A DNA stretch of 64,000 nt from Phycisphaerales bacterium. GTDB taxonomy: Bacteria > Planctomycetota > Phycisphaerae > Phycisphaerales > UBA5793. Shown here piece after piece: positions 9,321 through 18,923 of this stretch. Numbering within the stretch: position 1 is the first letter of the stretch; each line of letters starts with the position of its first letter. The position numbers were made by a program, and so were the translations under genes. The stretch is from NCBI GenBank assembly GCA_044229655.1, contig JBGASM010000013.1, forward strand, positions 45 through 64,044, written 5' to 3'. Below the pieces are notes generated by a model. The model had not been told where the DNA came from, ran no database searches, and saw only the letters and a list, made by a program, of their open reading frames with translations.

Positions 9321-12206
9321 TTGGCGATCAAGCGAATTCATCAACTGGCGAAGGAACTCGACCTCAATTCCAAGCAGATCATCGATCGCTTGGAAGCTGA
9401 GGGCATTCCCCTTGAGAACCAGAAGCAGAAGCACCTCAATCCCGTCTCCGCAGGATTGGAGGCGACCATTCGCGACTGGTTCGCCAACAGCGCAGCCGCA
9501 GGCGCGACTGCGACGGCAGTGGCGGAGGTCGGCGGCGATCCAGCGTCCGAAGGCGCCGACGAGGCCGCCCCCAGCGCTGCTCCCAAAGCCGCCGCCAAAA
9601 AGAAGGCGACACGCAAGGTCGAAGATCAGCCCGCCAAGCCCAGGCCCGCTCTCCGCCCGGCTCGCCCGGCGCCCGCACCCTCCGCAGCGGCTTCTCCTGT
9701 CGAAACCTCCATCTCCGCCGCGGCACGCGAGGAAACTACCTCGATCAAAGCGGCCGGGCCCGCACCCTCCGCTCCTCCGACCCCCGTCGCGCCAAGATCG
9801 CGCGATGCGGCCGATACCCCCGACGCACCTGCGCCGGCCCCAAGGTCCGCGCCCACCACGCGCGACATTCCGCCGCATACCCCCGGGTCCGTCTCAGCAC
9901 CGGCCTCTTCCGGCCCATCTGCTCCGGCCCGCTCCGCCCCGCCGGCCTCCGCACCCGCAGCCCGCGGCCCCGTCCGACCCGTCTCGCCCAATGTTCCCTC
10001 CCGTCCTTCCAGCGTGACGCCCGCAGGTCCGCGCCTCCAGGTCACCACACCCGCCAAGGTGTCCGGCCCCACCGTCGTCCGCATCGAGCAGGCTGAGCAA
10101 CTGCCCACGCCGCGCAGTCGTGCCGGCGGAGGCTCGGGCGGCGCATGGGGTCCCGGACGCGGCATCAGCACCGGCGCTCCCACCGAAGGTGGAGAAAGCG
10201 ATGCCTCCCGCAGGAATCAGCGCCGCAAGACCGGGCGCAGCGGCCAGTCCGGTCGCTTTGCCGGCGGCGCGGGCGGTCGTGATCGCACCTGGGGCGAGCA
10301 GGACTTGGCCGAACGCCAGGCTCGCCTCCGCGGCGCACATGGTTTCATCAAGACCGTCCGCCGCGATGTGACGCGCCAGGAAGGCGGCGGGCCGGGCCTC
10401 AAGGCCAAGACTGCGTACGAAACCGGCGGCGTCGTCAAGGTCGAAACGCCCTTCACCATCAAGAAGATCAGTTCCGCCACCGGCGTGCCCTCCGCCGAAA
10501 TCCTCAAGGCGATGGTCAAGAAGGGCATCATGACCGCCAACATCAACATGGCCATTCCCACCGAACTGGCCATGGAGGTCATGATCGACTTCGGCATCGA
10601 ACTCGAGCCCGTCGAACAGAAGACCGCCGAAAGCGTCGTCATCGAGCAGTTCGCCAAGCGCGAGACGAAAGATCTTCGCCCGCGCTCCCCGGTGGTCACC
10701 ATCCTTGGCCACGTCGACCACGGCAAGACATCGCTGCTTGACAAGATCCGTTCCGCCAACGTCGCGGCCGGCGAAGCCGGCGGCATCACCCAGCATACCT
10801 CCGCCTTCCGCGTCAAGGTGCGCGCCGGCGAAGAGGACAAGAACATTGTCTTCCTCGACACCCCCGGCCACCAGGCCTTTACCTCCATGCGCGCCCGCGG
10901 TGCCCGCATCACCGACATCGTCATCCTCGTCGTCGCCGCGGACGACGGCGTCATGCCCCAGACCGTCGAATCCATCAATCACGCCAAGGCCGCCAACGTC
11001 CCCATCATCGTCGCCCTCAACAAGATCGACAAGCCTGAGGCCACCGAGAACAACATCCGCCGCATCTACGGCCAGCTCGCCGAGCACGAACTTTCACCCG
11101 TGCAGTGGGGCGGAAAGACCGAGTGCGTGCACGTTTCCGCCACCAAGGGTGTGGGCATTCAGGAACTCCTCGACACCATCGACCTGCAGGCCCAGGTCAT
11201 GGAACTCAAAGCCGATCACGAAGGCCCCGCGCGCGGCACCGTCATCGAAGCCCGCCTCGTCGAAGGCCGCGGCCCCGTCGCCAACGTCCTCATCCAGGAC
11301 GGCCGCATCAAGGTCGGTGAGTACATCGTCATCGGCCGCGCCTACGGCAAGGTGCGCGACATGACCGACGATCGGGGTCAGAAGGTCAAGGAAGCCGGCC
11401 CCGCCACCCCGCTGGAAATCTCCGGCTTGTCCGCCCTGCCCGACGCCGGCGACTCCTGTTTCATCGTCGACAGCCTGCGCACCGCCGAGGAAGCCGCAGA
11501 ACACCGCTTGTCTGCCGAGCGCGAAAAGGCCTTGTCTGCCCCGAAGGTCACCCTCGACACGATCTTCACGCAGATCAAGGATGCGGCCAAGCGCGAACTC
11601 AACCTCATCGTCAAGGCCGACGTGCAGGGATCCGTCGAAACCCTCAAGAAAACCCTCGAGGAGATCAGCACCGACGAGATCCGGATCCGCGTCCTTCACT
11701 CCGCGGTCGGCGGCATCACCGAAAGCGATGTCCTGCTCGCCGAAACGTCCGGCGCGATCATCCTCGGGTTCCACGTCATCGCCTCGAGCAAGGCCCGCGA
11801 ACTGGCCGAGCAGAAGCACGTGGAAATCCGCCAGTATCAGATCATCTACGAATTGCTCGATGACGTGAAGAAGGCCGCCAGCGGCATGCTCGCTCCCGAG
11901 ATGCGCGAACAGGTCCTCGGCCACGCCGAAGTCCGCCAGGTATTCAAGATTTCCAAGGTCGGAGCCATCGCCGGCTGCTACGTCACCGACGGCGTCATCG
12001 AGCGCAACGCCCGCGTCCGCATCACCCGCCAGGGCATCGTCATCGAGAACAACCGCGTCCTCTCGCAACTCAAGCGCTTCAAGGACGACGCCAAGGATGT
12101 CCGCGCCGGCCAGGAATGCGGCATGAAGGTCGACGGCTACGACGACATCAAGGAAGGTGACGTGATCGAGTGCTACAAGACCATTGAGGTGAAGAAGTCC
12201 CTCTGA
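9321..12206 (+). CDS. infB: Translation initiation factor IF-2
   Basis: TTG start after GAGGAG gives [42 protein letters not shown]. Confidence 0.98.
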   Translation: MAIKRIHQLAKELDLNSKQIIDRLEAEGIPLENQKQKHLNPVSAGLEATIRDWFANSAAAGATATAVAEVGGDPASEGADEAAPSAAPKAAAKKKATRKVEDQPAKPRPALRPARPAPAPSAAASPVETSISAAAREETTSIKAAGPAPSAPPTPVAPRSRDAADTPDAPAPAPRSAPTTRDIPPHTPGSVSAPASSGPSAPARSAPPASAPAARGPVRPVSPNVPSRPSSVTPAGPRLQVTTPAKVSGPTVVRIEQAEQLPTPRSRAGGGSGGAWGPGRGISTGAPTEGGESDASRRNQRRKTGRSGQSGRFAGGAGGRDRTWGEQDLAERQARLRGAHGFIKTVRRDVTRQEGGGPGLKAKTAYETGGVVKVETPFTIKKISSATGVPSAEILKAMVKKGIMTANINMAIPTELAMEVMIDFGIELEPVEQKTAESVVIEQFAKRETKDLRPRSPVVTILGHVDHGKTSLLDKIRSANVAAGEAGGITQHTSAFRVKVRAGEEDKNIVFLDTPGHQAFTSMRARGARITDIVILVVAADDGVMPQTVESINHAKAANVPIIVALNKIDKPEATENNIRRIYGQLAEHELSPVQWGGKTECVHVSATKGVGIQELLDTIDLQAQVMELKADHEGPARGTVIEARLVEGRGPVANVLIQDGRIKVGEYIVIGRAYGKVRDMTDDRGQKVKEAGPATPLEISGLSALPDAGDSCFIVDSLRTAEEAAEHRLSAEREKALSAPKVTLDTIFTQIKDAAKRELNLIVKADVQGSVETLKKTLEEISTDEIRIRVLHSAVGGITESDVLLAETSGAIILGFHVIASSKARELAEQKHVEIRQYQIIYELLDDVKKAASGMLAPEMREQVLGHAEVRQVFKISKVGAIAGCYVTDGVIERNARVRITRQGIVIENNRVLSQLKRFKDDAKDVRAGQECGMKVDGYDDIKEGDVIECYKTIEVKKSL

Positions 12207-12234
12207 GCCATACCGCTCGCCCGCTGAACCACGC

Positions 12235-12669
12235 ATGTCCCACCGCAAGGAACATCTCGCCTCCACCATGCAGCGCACGCTGCAGGAACTCATCACGCGC
12301 GGCCTCTCCGATCCGCGCATCCGCGGCATGATCACCGTCACGCAGGTCCGCCTCACCGGCGATGAGCGCGAAGCCGTGGCCAGCATCTCCATCTTCCCTG
12401 AGCAGTACGAGAAGCTCACCTTCGAAGCCCTCACCCACGCCCTCATGCACCTCCAGAGGGAACTCAACGCCAACCTGCGCACCCGCAAGCCGCCCCACCT
12501 GCGCTTCGAACTCGACCGCCGAGCCAAGAAAGATGCGGCGATTTATGCGGCGATCGAGGAGGGAAAGCGCAAGGATGCGCAGGGGAAAGCCGCCGCCGAC
12601 ACACAAGGAGCAGTGGGGGAGGACCGGCCCACGATTGATGAGAGCTCCGATGACGGAGAAAGTGCCTGA
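12235..12669 (+). CDS. rbfA: Ribosome-binding factor A
   Basis: LSDPRI...ITVTQVRLTGD...A and LRTRKPPHLRFELD; directly downstream of infB. Confidence 0.92.
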   Translation: MSHRKEHLASTMQRTLQELITRGLSDPRIRGMITVTQVRLTGDEREAVASISIFPEQYEKLTFEALTHALMHLQRELNANLRTRKPPHLRFELDRRAKKDAAIYAAIEEGKRKDAQGKAAADTQGAVGEDRPTIDESSDDGESA

Positions 12670-13309
12670 ATCTAGCCCTACTGCCTCCGCAGTGAGCGAC
12701 CCCTGGCTCCTCATCGGCGACTGGCCGTGCCTTTCCTGCGGACACAATCTGCGGACGCTCGTGGGGCCGGTGGCGCGCTGTCCGGAATGCGGGCATGAGA
12801 ACGATCTGCGTGATCCAAAACCCTGGCTGAAAAAAGAGCTGCGTCGGGGACTGCGCATCGACTATGACTGGCCCATCCCGCCGATCTTCATGGGATTCCT
12901 CGGGCCCGGCGGGTTCCTGCTTGCGCTGGGGCCGTGGGCGGATCTCTGGTTGCGCATCGCCGGTACTTTGGTCGCGGGGTATTGGATCTGGTTGTGCCGA
13001 CGATGGGTCAAATCCTGCCCGAGCCCGAGATGGGGATTCACGCTTCTGGTCACGGGGCACGCGGGCCAGTGGACGCTGGTGGCGGGCGGATTCTTCTGTG
13101 CCACTTTGATGACCGCCGATAGCCTGCCCGGCAACAACAAAGGCTGGCTCATTGCGCTTGCGTTCGTCAGCGCAGTTGTCGGATTCGGCATTGTGATCTG
13201 GACAAATCAGCAGTTGATGCCTGACTCGAAATGGGCCGATAGGCTTCCGCCGCCGCCCGGCGTGATACCTCCGGTGGCGGGCGGCAAATCTCTCTATCTG
13301 AACCCCTAG
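12650..13309 (+). CDS. Membrane protein with N-terminal CxxC...CPECG zinc ribbon
   Basis: CLSCGHNLRTLVGPVARCPECG followed by about 4 hydrophobic segments; ATG 12650 overlaps the rbfA end. Start uncertain. Confidence 0.7.
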   Translation: MTEKVPESSPTASAVSDPWLLIGDWPCLSCGHNLRTLVGPVARCPECGHENDLRDPKPWLKKELRRGLRIDYDWPIPPIFMGFLGPGGFLLALGPWADLWLRIAGTLVAGYWIWLCRRWVKSCPSPRWGFTLLVTGHAGQWTLVAGGFFCATLMTADSLPGNNKGWLIALAFVSAVVGFGIVIWTNQQLMPDSKWADRLPPPPGVIPPVAGGKSLYLNP

Positions 13310-13320
13310 AGGTACGCCGT

Positions 13321-16300
13321 TTACCTCGGCCTCTCCTCGCACGCGCATACATTCGGCTCGGTCATGTGGTCGTGGGCCCGAATCTCCAGGTAATCCCGAT
13401 TCGTCAGGAAACTCTCGATCCGTTCCAGGTACCACTGCGGGGGCTGCGGAGGCTCCGATGCTTGTTCGCCCTCAGGCTTCGCCTCGGAGTCGTCCTTCTC
13501 TTCCTCACCTGCATCCTTCTTCGGCGGCGCATCATGCTCCGCCTCGAGCAGTTTGCTGATAATCCGCTGCCGCTCGCTGCGCACCGTCTCGCGCATCACG
13601 GCATCCTGCTCCAGGCTGAAATAGCACGTCCCGTCGATCCACGTCTGCTCACACTTGGTGAGCGTCGACAGCGGGTCGCCCGACCAGATCACGAAGTCCG
13701 CATCCTTGCCCTTCTCAATGGATCCCGTCCACTGGTCGATGCGCAATTGCTTGGCCGGGTTGATCGTCACGAACTTGAGCGCCTCGGCCCGTGGCACGCC
13801 GCCGTACCGCACCGCCTTGGCCGCCTCCGTATTCATTCGCCGCGCCAGTTCATCTGAATCCGAATTGAACGACACGTTGACCCCCGCGTTGTACATCAGC
13901 GCACCTGCGTAGGGAATCGCATCGTACACCTCGACTTTGTACGCCCACCAGTCGGAGAAGCACGATGCCCCCGCGCCGTGCGCCGCAATCTCCTGCGCCA
14001 CCTTGAAACCCTCCAGCACATGCTGAAACGTCCCGATGGTGAACTCGAATTCGTCCGCAACGTGAATGAGCATGAGAATCTCATCCTGCCGGTACGAGTG
14101 GCAGTGCACCAGCCGCTTGCTCGCCAGGATCTCTGCGATGGCGTCCAATTCCAGGTCGCGCGGCGTCGGATACATCCGCGCTGGGTTCGTCGAGGCCGCA
14201 TTCGCCTCATATCGATTCCGCGCCGCCGCATAATCACGCGCCGACTGAAACTCCGCCCGGATGATCTGCTCCACGCCCATGCGCGTCTGCGGATACCGCG
14301 TCGTGTTGCTGTCGCCCCAGTTGGATTGCTTCACGTTCTCGCCCAGCGCGAACTTGATGCCCGGAATCGCGCCCTGCACCGGAAACTCCGTCGCCGCCCT
14401 GCCCCAGCGGATCTTCACCACCGAATTCTGCCCGCCGATGGGGTTGGCCGATCCATGCAGTTGATTCGCGGCCGTGAGTCCGCCCGCCAGTTGCCGGTAC
14501 CAGTCGATGTCGTCGGGATTGATCACGTCCCCGATCCGCACTTCCGCCGTCACCGCCTGCGTTCCCTCGTTCACCGACCACCGGTCAATGCCCGTGTGCG
14601 AGTGGCAGTCGATCAGCCCCGGCGTGATGTGCTTGCCCTGCGCATCAATCACCATCGCGCCGCTTGGGGCGGCAAGGTTCTTCCCGATCGCGCTGAACCG
14701 GCCGTTCTCAATGAGAATGTCCGCGTTCTCCAGAATCCCCTCAGGCCCCGATGTCCACACCGTCGCGTTCTTCACCAGCACCGCCCCTGCCGGTCTCTGC
14801 AACGGCTGCATCAGCCCATACGCGGACAGCGGGGTCGGATAGGTCTCCGGCGCAGGAACGTGCGGCTTCTCTTCGTCATCGCCCGCTCCGCCTCCCCAGC
14901 CGCGCCGCCCGCGTCTGCCTTCTGCCTCGTCTTCTTCACTTGCACCCTTCTGTTCACCCTCATCCGGCTTGGCTGCAGACTCATCCCCCTCCCTCTGCTC
15001 ACCCGCCGCCTCAACTTTCTCCGTCTCCTCCTTCTTGGGCTCATCCGCAATCTTCGTCGCGCTCCACCCGATGATCCGCCCGCTGGTGTCCATTCGCAGG
15101 CCGATCAGTCTCTCCGCCGTCACCGTCGCGGTGACCTGTTCCCACTTGTCCTCGTCATGGTGGAAAATCGCCGCCGGCGCGATGAACGACAACTGATCAC
15201 CGCGCAGGTCCACCGCCTGGGCGTCAAACCCCTCGTCGCCCACTTTGATTTCAACCTTGAGGTCGTCCAGCGTGTCCGACTTGCCCGTGATCACCAGCTT
15301 CGGCTCAGGCTTTTTCTCCGGCCCCGTGTAATCCTGGGTCAGGTTCGTCTCCCACGTCCCGCGCGGATCAACCTTCGGGTGCCGCTTCATCTCATATCGC
15401 TGCCCGTCGATCCACATCGACTCCACTTCCCGCTTCTTCCCGAAAATCTCGTTCTTCTCCGTGGAGATCACGACGAGGTTGGCCGCCTTGCCCGCCTCCA
15501 CCGTCCCCATTCGTTCAGACACTCCCAGGATCGCCGCCGGCGCCGTCGTCAGCGCTGCCAACGCCTGTTCCTCGGTCAGGCCCTCCTTCATGGCCGTCCG
15601 GACCCGATCGATGATCTCGCCCTTGTCGCGCAACAGGTCGGTCGTGAACGCCACCGTCACGCCTGCGTTGATCAGTCGGCGCGGGTTCGTCGGCGCCTGC
15701 TCCCACAGGTACAGCCGCGACAGATCCACCGCTTCGATGTCGTCGATTCCCTCCGCCTTGGGGGCCTTGGGAAAATTCAGCGGCAGCACGATGGGCATCT
15801 TCGTCGCCGCAACTTCCGCCAGCCGCTTGAACTCCACCCCCGACCCGCGCACCACGATCTTCACCCCGAACTCATCCTGCAGCCGCGCCGCCCGGAACAG
15901 GTCCAGTTCGCTATCCGATTCAAAGAGAATCATCTGCTGTGCTGCCCGCCCCGACTCTTCTGCCGGAAGCACGTTTCGCAGCGCTTCATAGGCCTCGTTG
16001 ACCGTCGGTGTCTCCAGCCCCGTGGAGTCCTGGTCATACATCGCCCAGCACGCGTTGTACCACTGCGCATCGTACAAAGTCTGCCGCGTCAGCGCAATCG
16101 CGCCGATCAGCGACTCCGGATATCCCTCCGAACCCCAGCCCGCAGTCTGGAAGTGCGCCACCTGCATCCCGCGCGCTAGGTACGTCTCGCGCTTCGTGCC
16201 GTCCGCCTGCGTGGGGTCCGACAGCGGCGCCACCGCCGCGCTTCCCCGGAAAATTCCCTGGTTGGGCGTCATGTTCACCGCCGTGAACCCCGCCCCGCGC

Positions 16301-16761
16301 ATCGTCTTTCGCGCATCCTCGTCCAGCCCTTCGAGCCCCGCAACCTCCACCTGCGGCCGGATCAGCCCGTTCCAATGCGTGGTCGCCCCCGGCGTCGGGG
16401 CCAGCCCTGCCGAATCCACCGGATAGGACGCATCGATGAACCCCGCGTGCACCGTCTTGCCCCCAAGATCCCACACCCTGCACTCCGGCGGAATCGTGAC
16501 CTCCGCTGTCGGGCCCACGGCCGTGATGAGATCGCCCTTGATGACCACGACCCCCTGCTCGATCACTTGTCCCGGCGCAGTGACGATCCGCGCGTTGACC
16601 AGTGCATGCATCCTCGGCATGTTGGCCCGCGGCCCGTTGGGCGGCTGCACCGGCTGCGCCTCCGCGCTGCCCGCGGGGGTCCCGGGCCACACGGCCGTCA
16701 GCACGCAGGCGAGCACGGAAAGAATGGTGAAAAGTGAGTTCCGGGTGCGCTGCAGATTCAT
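13321..16761 (-). CDS. Secreted tandem (two-domain) amidohydrolase family protein
   Basis: Signal peptide; two amidohydrolase barrels (GFIDAS degenerate; PGLIDCHSH, HGSANPIGG, HCHSYRQDE, NSDS); GSIEKGKDADFV. Confidence 0.9.
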   Translation of the reverse strand: MNLQRTRNSLFTILSVLACVLTAVWPGTPAGSAEAQPVQPPNGPRANMPRMHALVNARIVTAPGQVIEQGVVVIKGDLITAVGPTAEVTIPPECRVWDLGGKTVHAGFIDASYPVDSAGLAPTPGATTHWNGLIRPQVEVAGLEGLDEDARKTMRGAGFTAVNMTPNQGIFRGSAAVAPLSDPTQADGTKRETYLARGMQVAHFQTAGWGSEGYPESLIGAIALTRQTLYDAQWYNACWAMYDQDSTGLETPTVNEAYEALRNVLPAEESGRAAQQMILFESDSELDLFRAARLQDEFGVKIVVRGSGVEFKRLAEVAATKMPIVLPLNFPKAPKAEGIDDIEAVDLSRLYLWEQAPTNPRRLINAGVTVAFTTDLLRDKGEIIDRVRTAMKEGLTEEQALAALTTAPAAILGVSERMGTVEAGKAANLVVISTEKNEIFGKKREVESMWIDGQRYEMKRHPKVDPRGTWETNLTQDYTGPEKKPEPKLVITGKSDTLDDLKVEIKVGDEGFDAQAVDLRGDQLSFIAPAAIFHHDEDKWEQVTATVTAERLIGLRMDTSGRIIGWSATKIADEPKKEETEKVEAAGEQREGDESAAKPDEGEQKGASEEDEAEGRRGRRGWGGGAGDDEEKPHVPAPETYPTPLSAYGLMQPLQRPAGAVLVKNATVWTSGPEGILENADILIENGRFSAIGKNLAAPSGAMVIDAQGKHITPGLIDCHSHTGIDRWSVNEGTQAVTAEVRIGDVINPDDIDWYRQLAGGLTAANQLHGSANPIGGQNSVVKIRWGRAATEFPVQGAIPGIKFALGENVKQSNWGDSNTTRYPQTRMGVEQIIRAEFQSARDYAAARNRYEANAASTNPARMYPTPRDLELDAIAEILASKRLVHCHSYRQDEILMLIHVADEFEFTIGTFQHVLEGFKVAQEIAAHGAGASCFSDWWAYKVEVYDAIPYAGALMYNAGVNVSFNSDSDELARRMNTEAAKAVRYGGVPRAEALKFVTINPAKQLRIDQWTGSIEKGKDADFVIWSGDPLSTLTKCEQTWIDGTCYFSLEQDAVMRETVRSERQRIISKLLEAEHDAPPKKDAGEEEKDDSEAKPEGEQASEPPQPPQWYLERIESFLTNRDYLEIRAHDHMTEPNVCACEERPR

Positions 16762-16830
16762 GCGTCTGATACCTTTCGACTGGGGACGCCAAGTGTATCC
16801 AAACCCCTTGCGTGCGCGGTAAGATGAGGC

Positions 16831-17703
16831 ATGGATCACCCTCCCGTGCGACCCCCTATGCACCCTGAATCGCCGGAGTTTGATCACTCGTCCCGCAGCG
16901 TCATCGATGGCGTGATTCAGGACGACATTGCGTGCCTTCAATGCGCTTACAACCTCAGGGGCCTCGATCCGTCACGCAACTGCCCCGAGTGCGGGATGCC
17001 CGCCGGCGCTTCGCTGCGCGGGAACCTGCTTCGATACTGCGCGCCCGAATACCTCGCTCAGCTTCATCGTGGCGTCGTCATCGTTCTCTCAGCCATCATC
17101 GCGCAGATCATCCTTTCATTCTGCGATCCCATTGTGAAGCACTCGCTGCCCGCCGGCCTGCTCCAGCAGAGCCTCGCGATCACGATTGCCATCCTCAACA
17201 TCGTGGTCGCTGCAGGCAACTTGTACGGGTGGTGGCTCTTCAGCGCCCTCGATCCCTCGTTCGTGGGTCAGGAGGCCGGCGAGACGGCGCGCCAGTGGAT
17301 TCGCTGGACCACCCTGACGCAGGCCATCGCGATGGCGATCTGGCTTCCCTTTTCGATCGTCCTCGGATTCCTGGTTGTCGGCGGATCAGCCGCCTCATCA
17401 AGTCCGGGTCCCCTCGTGTGGATCCTGGGCGGCCTCGTCATGATCGTCGCCTTTCTCAGCCTGGTCGCGCAGATCGTCGGCTACTTCTCTGCCCTGAGTT
17501 ACATCGAGTGGCTCGCACACCGAATTCCCAGCCAGGACCTGGGCCCGCGCGCCAAGCGCCTCCGCTGGCTCGGCCCGGTCCTGACCATCTTCCTCTGCAT
17601 CATCGGTCTGCTCGTCGCCCTCGTCCTCTACTGGAACCTCCTCGACGACGTACGCAAGCACTTCAAACGCATCCGCGCTGAACAGCAGGGACTGCCCGCG
17701 TGA
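16831..17703 (+). CDS. Membrane protein with N-terminal CxxC...CPECG zinc ribbon
   Basis: CLQCAYNLRGLDPSRNCPECG then about 5 TM segments. Confidence 0.8.
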   Translation: MDHPPVRPPMHPESPEFDHSSRSVIDGVIQDDIACLQCAYNLRGLDPSRNCPECGMPAGASLRGNLLRYCAPEYLAQLHRGVVIVLSAIIAQIILSFCDPIVKHSLPAGLLQQSLAITIAILNIVVAAGNLYGWWLFSALDPSFVGQEAGETARQWIRWTTLTQAIAMAIWLPFSIVLGFLVVGGSAASSSPGPLVWILGGLVMIVAFLSLVAQIVGYFSALSYIEWLAHRIPSQDLGPRAKRLRWLGPVLTIFLCIIGLLVALVLYWNLLDDVRKHFKRIRAEQQGLPA

Positions 17704-18923
17704 AACACGCCCGCCTCACTCCGCCCGTCGCGATCCCCGCCGCCGATGCCCGCCGCCTTCTCATGGCCGGCCTCGGTCTGCACTCCTCCCCTGATCAAGT
17801 CGCCCCCGGGCCCGCCCGCCTCAAGCGCCTTGTTCGCGACCTCGGTTTCGTTCAGGTCGACACCATCAACGTCCTTGATCGCGCCCACGACCTCATCATC
17901 TGGACCCGCCTCCCCGGCTACGACCGCCCTTGGCTCACTGAGCTTCTGGAGAGTGATCGCGCGCTCTTTGAGCACTGGACCCATGACGCCTCACTCATTC
18001 CCGTCGAGTTCTTTCCCTATTGGCGTCATCGCTTCGCGGCCCACGCCCCCAATCGCTGGCTTCTTGACCGCATGGGCGCGGAATGGGAACGTACCCGCGA
18101 ACTCGTGCTCGCCCGCATCCGCGCGGAAGGCCCCCTCATGAGTCGCGATTTCGAGCACGCGCGCCCCCCCGGCCAGAACGGCGCCTGGTGGGGCTGGAAA
18201 CCTCAAAAAGCCGCCCTCGAGCACCTCTGGCGCAGGGGCGACCTCATGATCGCAGGCCGGCGCAACTTCCAGAAAATCTACGACCTCACGGAACGCGTCA
18301 TACCCGCCCGTCACCTGAAAAAGGAAACCCCCGATCGTCCAGCCCTTGTGGATTGGGCCTGCCGCAGCGCGCTCACTCGCCTCGGCTTGGCCTCGCCCAG
18401 CGAAATCGGCGCGTTCTGGCGCACCATCAAACTTCCCGAAGCCCGGGCCTGGTGCAAGGAGGCGCTCAAACGCGGCGAAGTGGAGCAGGTCCTGCTCGCC
18501 GATGCGTCTCCCGGTCTTCCGCCGCGCAAGGTCTACGCCCTTGCAAACTGGAAGCGCCGCCTGCATCGCGTCGCCGTTGATGACTCTGCACTGCGCCTGC
18601 TCTGCCCCTTCGACCCCCTCGTGCGCGATCGCGCACGCCTCCAGCGTCTCTTCGCCTTCGATTACCGCTTCGAAGCCTTCACCCCGGGTTCGCAGCGCAA
18701 GTTCGGCTATTACGTCATGCCCATCCTCGACGGCGACCGCATCGTCGGCCGCTTCGACCCCAAGTTCCACCGCACTCGCAAAGGCGACTGTGTCCTCGAG
18801 ATCAAGGGGCTCTGGTGGGAGAAAGGCGCGCGCCCGACCCGCGCCCTCCGTTCCCGCTTCCATGACTCCGCAGAGCGGCTTGCCCGCTTCGTGGGCGCAC
18901 GCCGCGTCGAATTCAGTTCGTGA
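17700..18923 (+). CDS. YcaQ/AlkZ-like winged-helix DNA glycosylase (HTH_42)
   Basis: GFVQVDTINV (QxD motif), FEHWTHDAS, WWGWKP, YDLTERV, LCPFDPLVRDR, YRFEAFTP...RKFGYYVMPIL. Confidence 0.9.
   Translation: MKHARLTPPVAIPAADARRLLMAGLGLHSSPDQVAPGPARLKRLVRDLGFVQVDTINVLDRAHDLIIWTRLPGYDRPWLTELLESDRALFEHWTHDASLIPVEFFPYWRHRFAAHAPNRWLLDRMGAEWERTRELVLARIRAEGPLMSRDFEHARPPGQNGAWWGWKPQKAALEHLWRRGDLMIAGRRNFQKIYDLTERVIPARHLKKETPDRPALVDWACRSALTRLGLASPSEIGAFWRTIKLPEARAWCKEALKRGEVEQVLLADASPGLPPRKVYALANWKRRLHRVAVDDSALRLLCPFDPLVRDRARLQRLFAFDYRFEAFTPGSQRKFGYYVMPILDGDRIVGRFDPKFHRTRKGDCVLEIKGLWWEKGARPTRALRSRFHDSAERLARFVGARRVEFSS

Noticed and set aside
9480..10300. Pro/Ala-rich repeat-like region in infB
   Set aside because: Low-complexity N-terminal linkers are normal for IF-2; no discrete DNA repeat unit.
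7355..12527. Long antisense ORFs over nusA/infB (also over the amidohydrolase, ahcY, gdhA and ABC genes)
   Set aside because: Shadow ORFs expected from high GC and biased codon usage opposite well-supported genes; no motifs.
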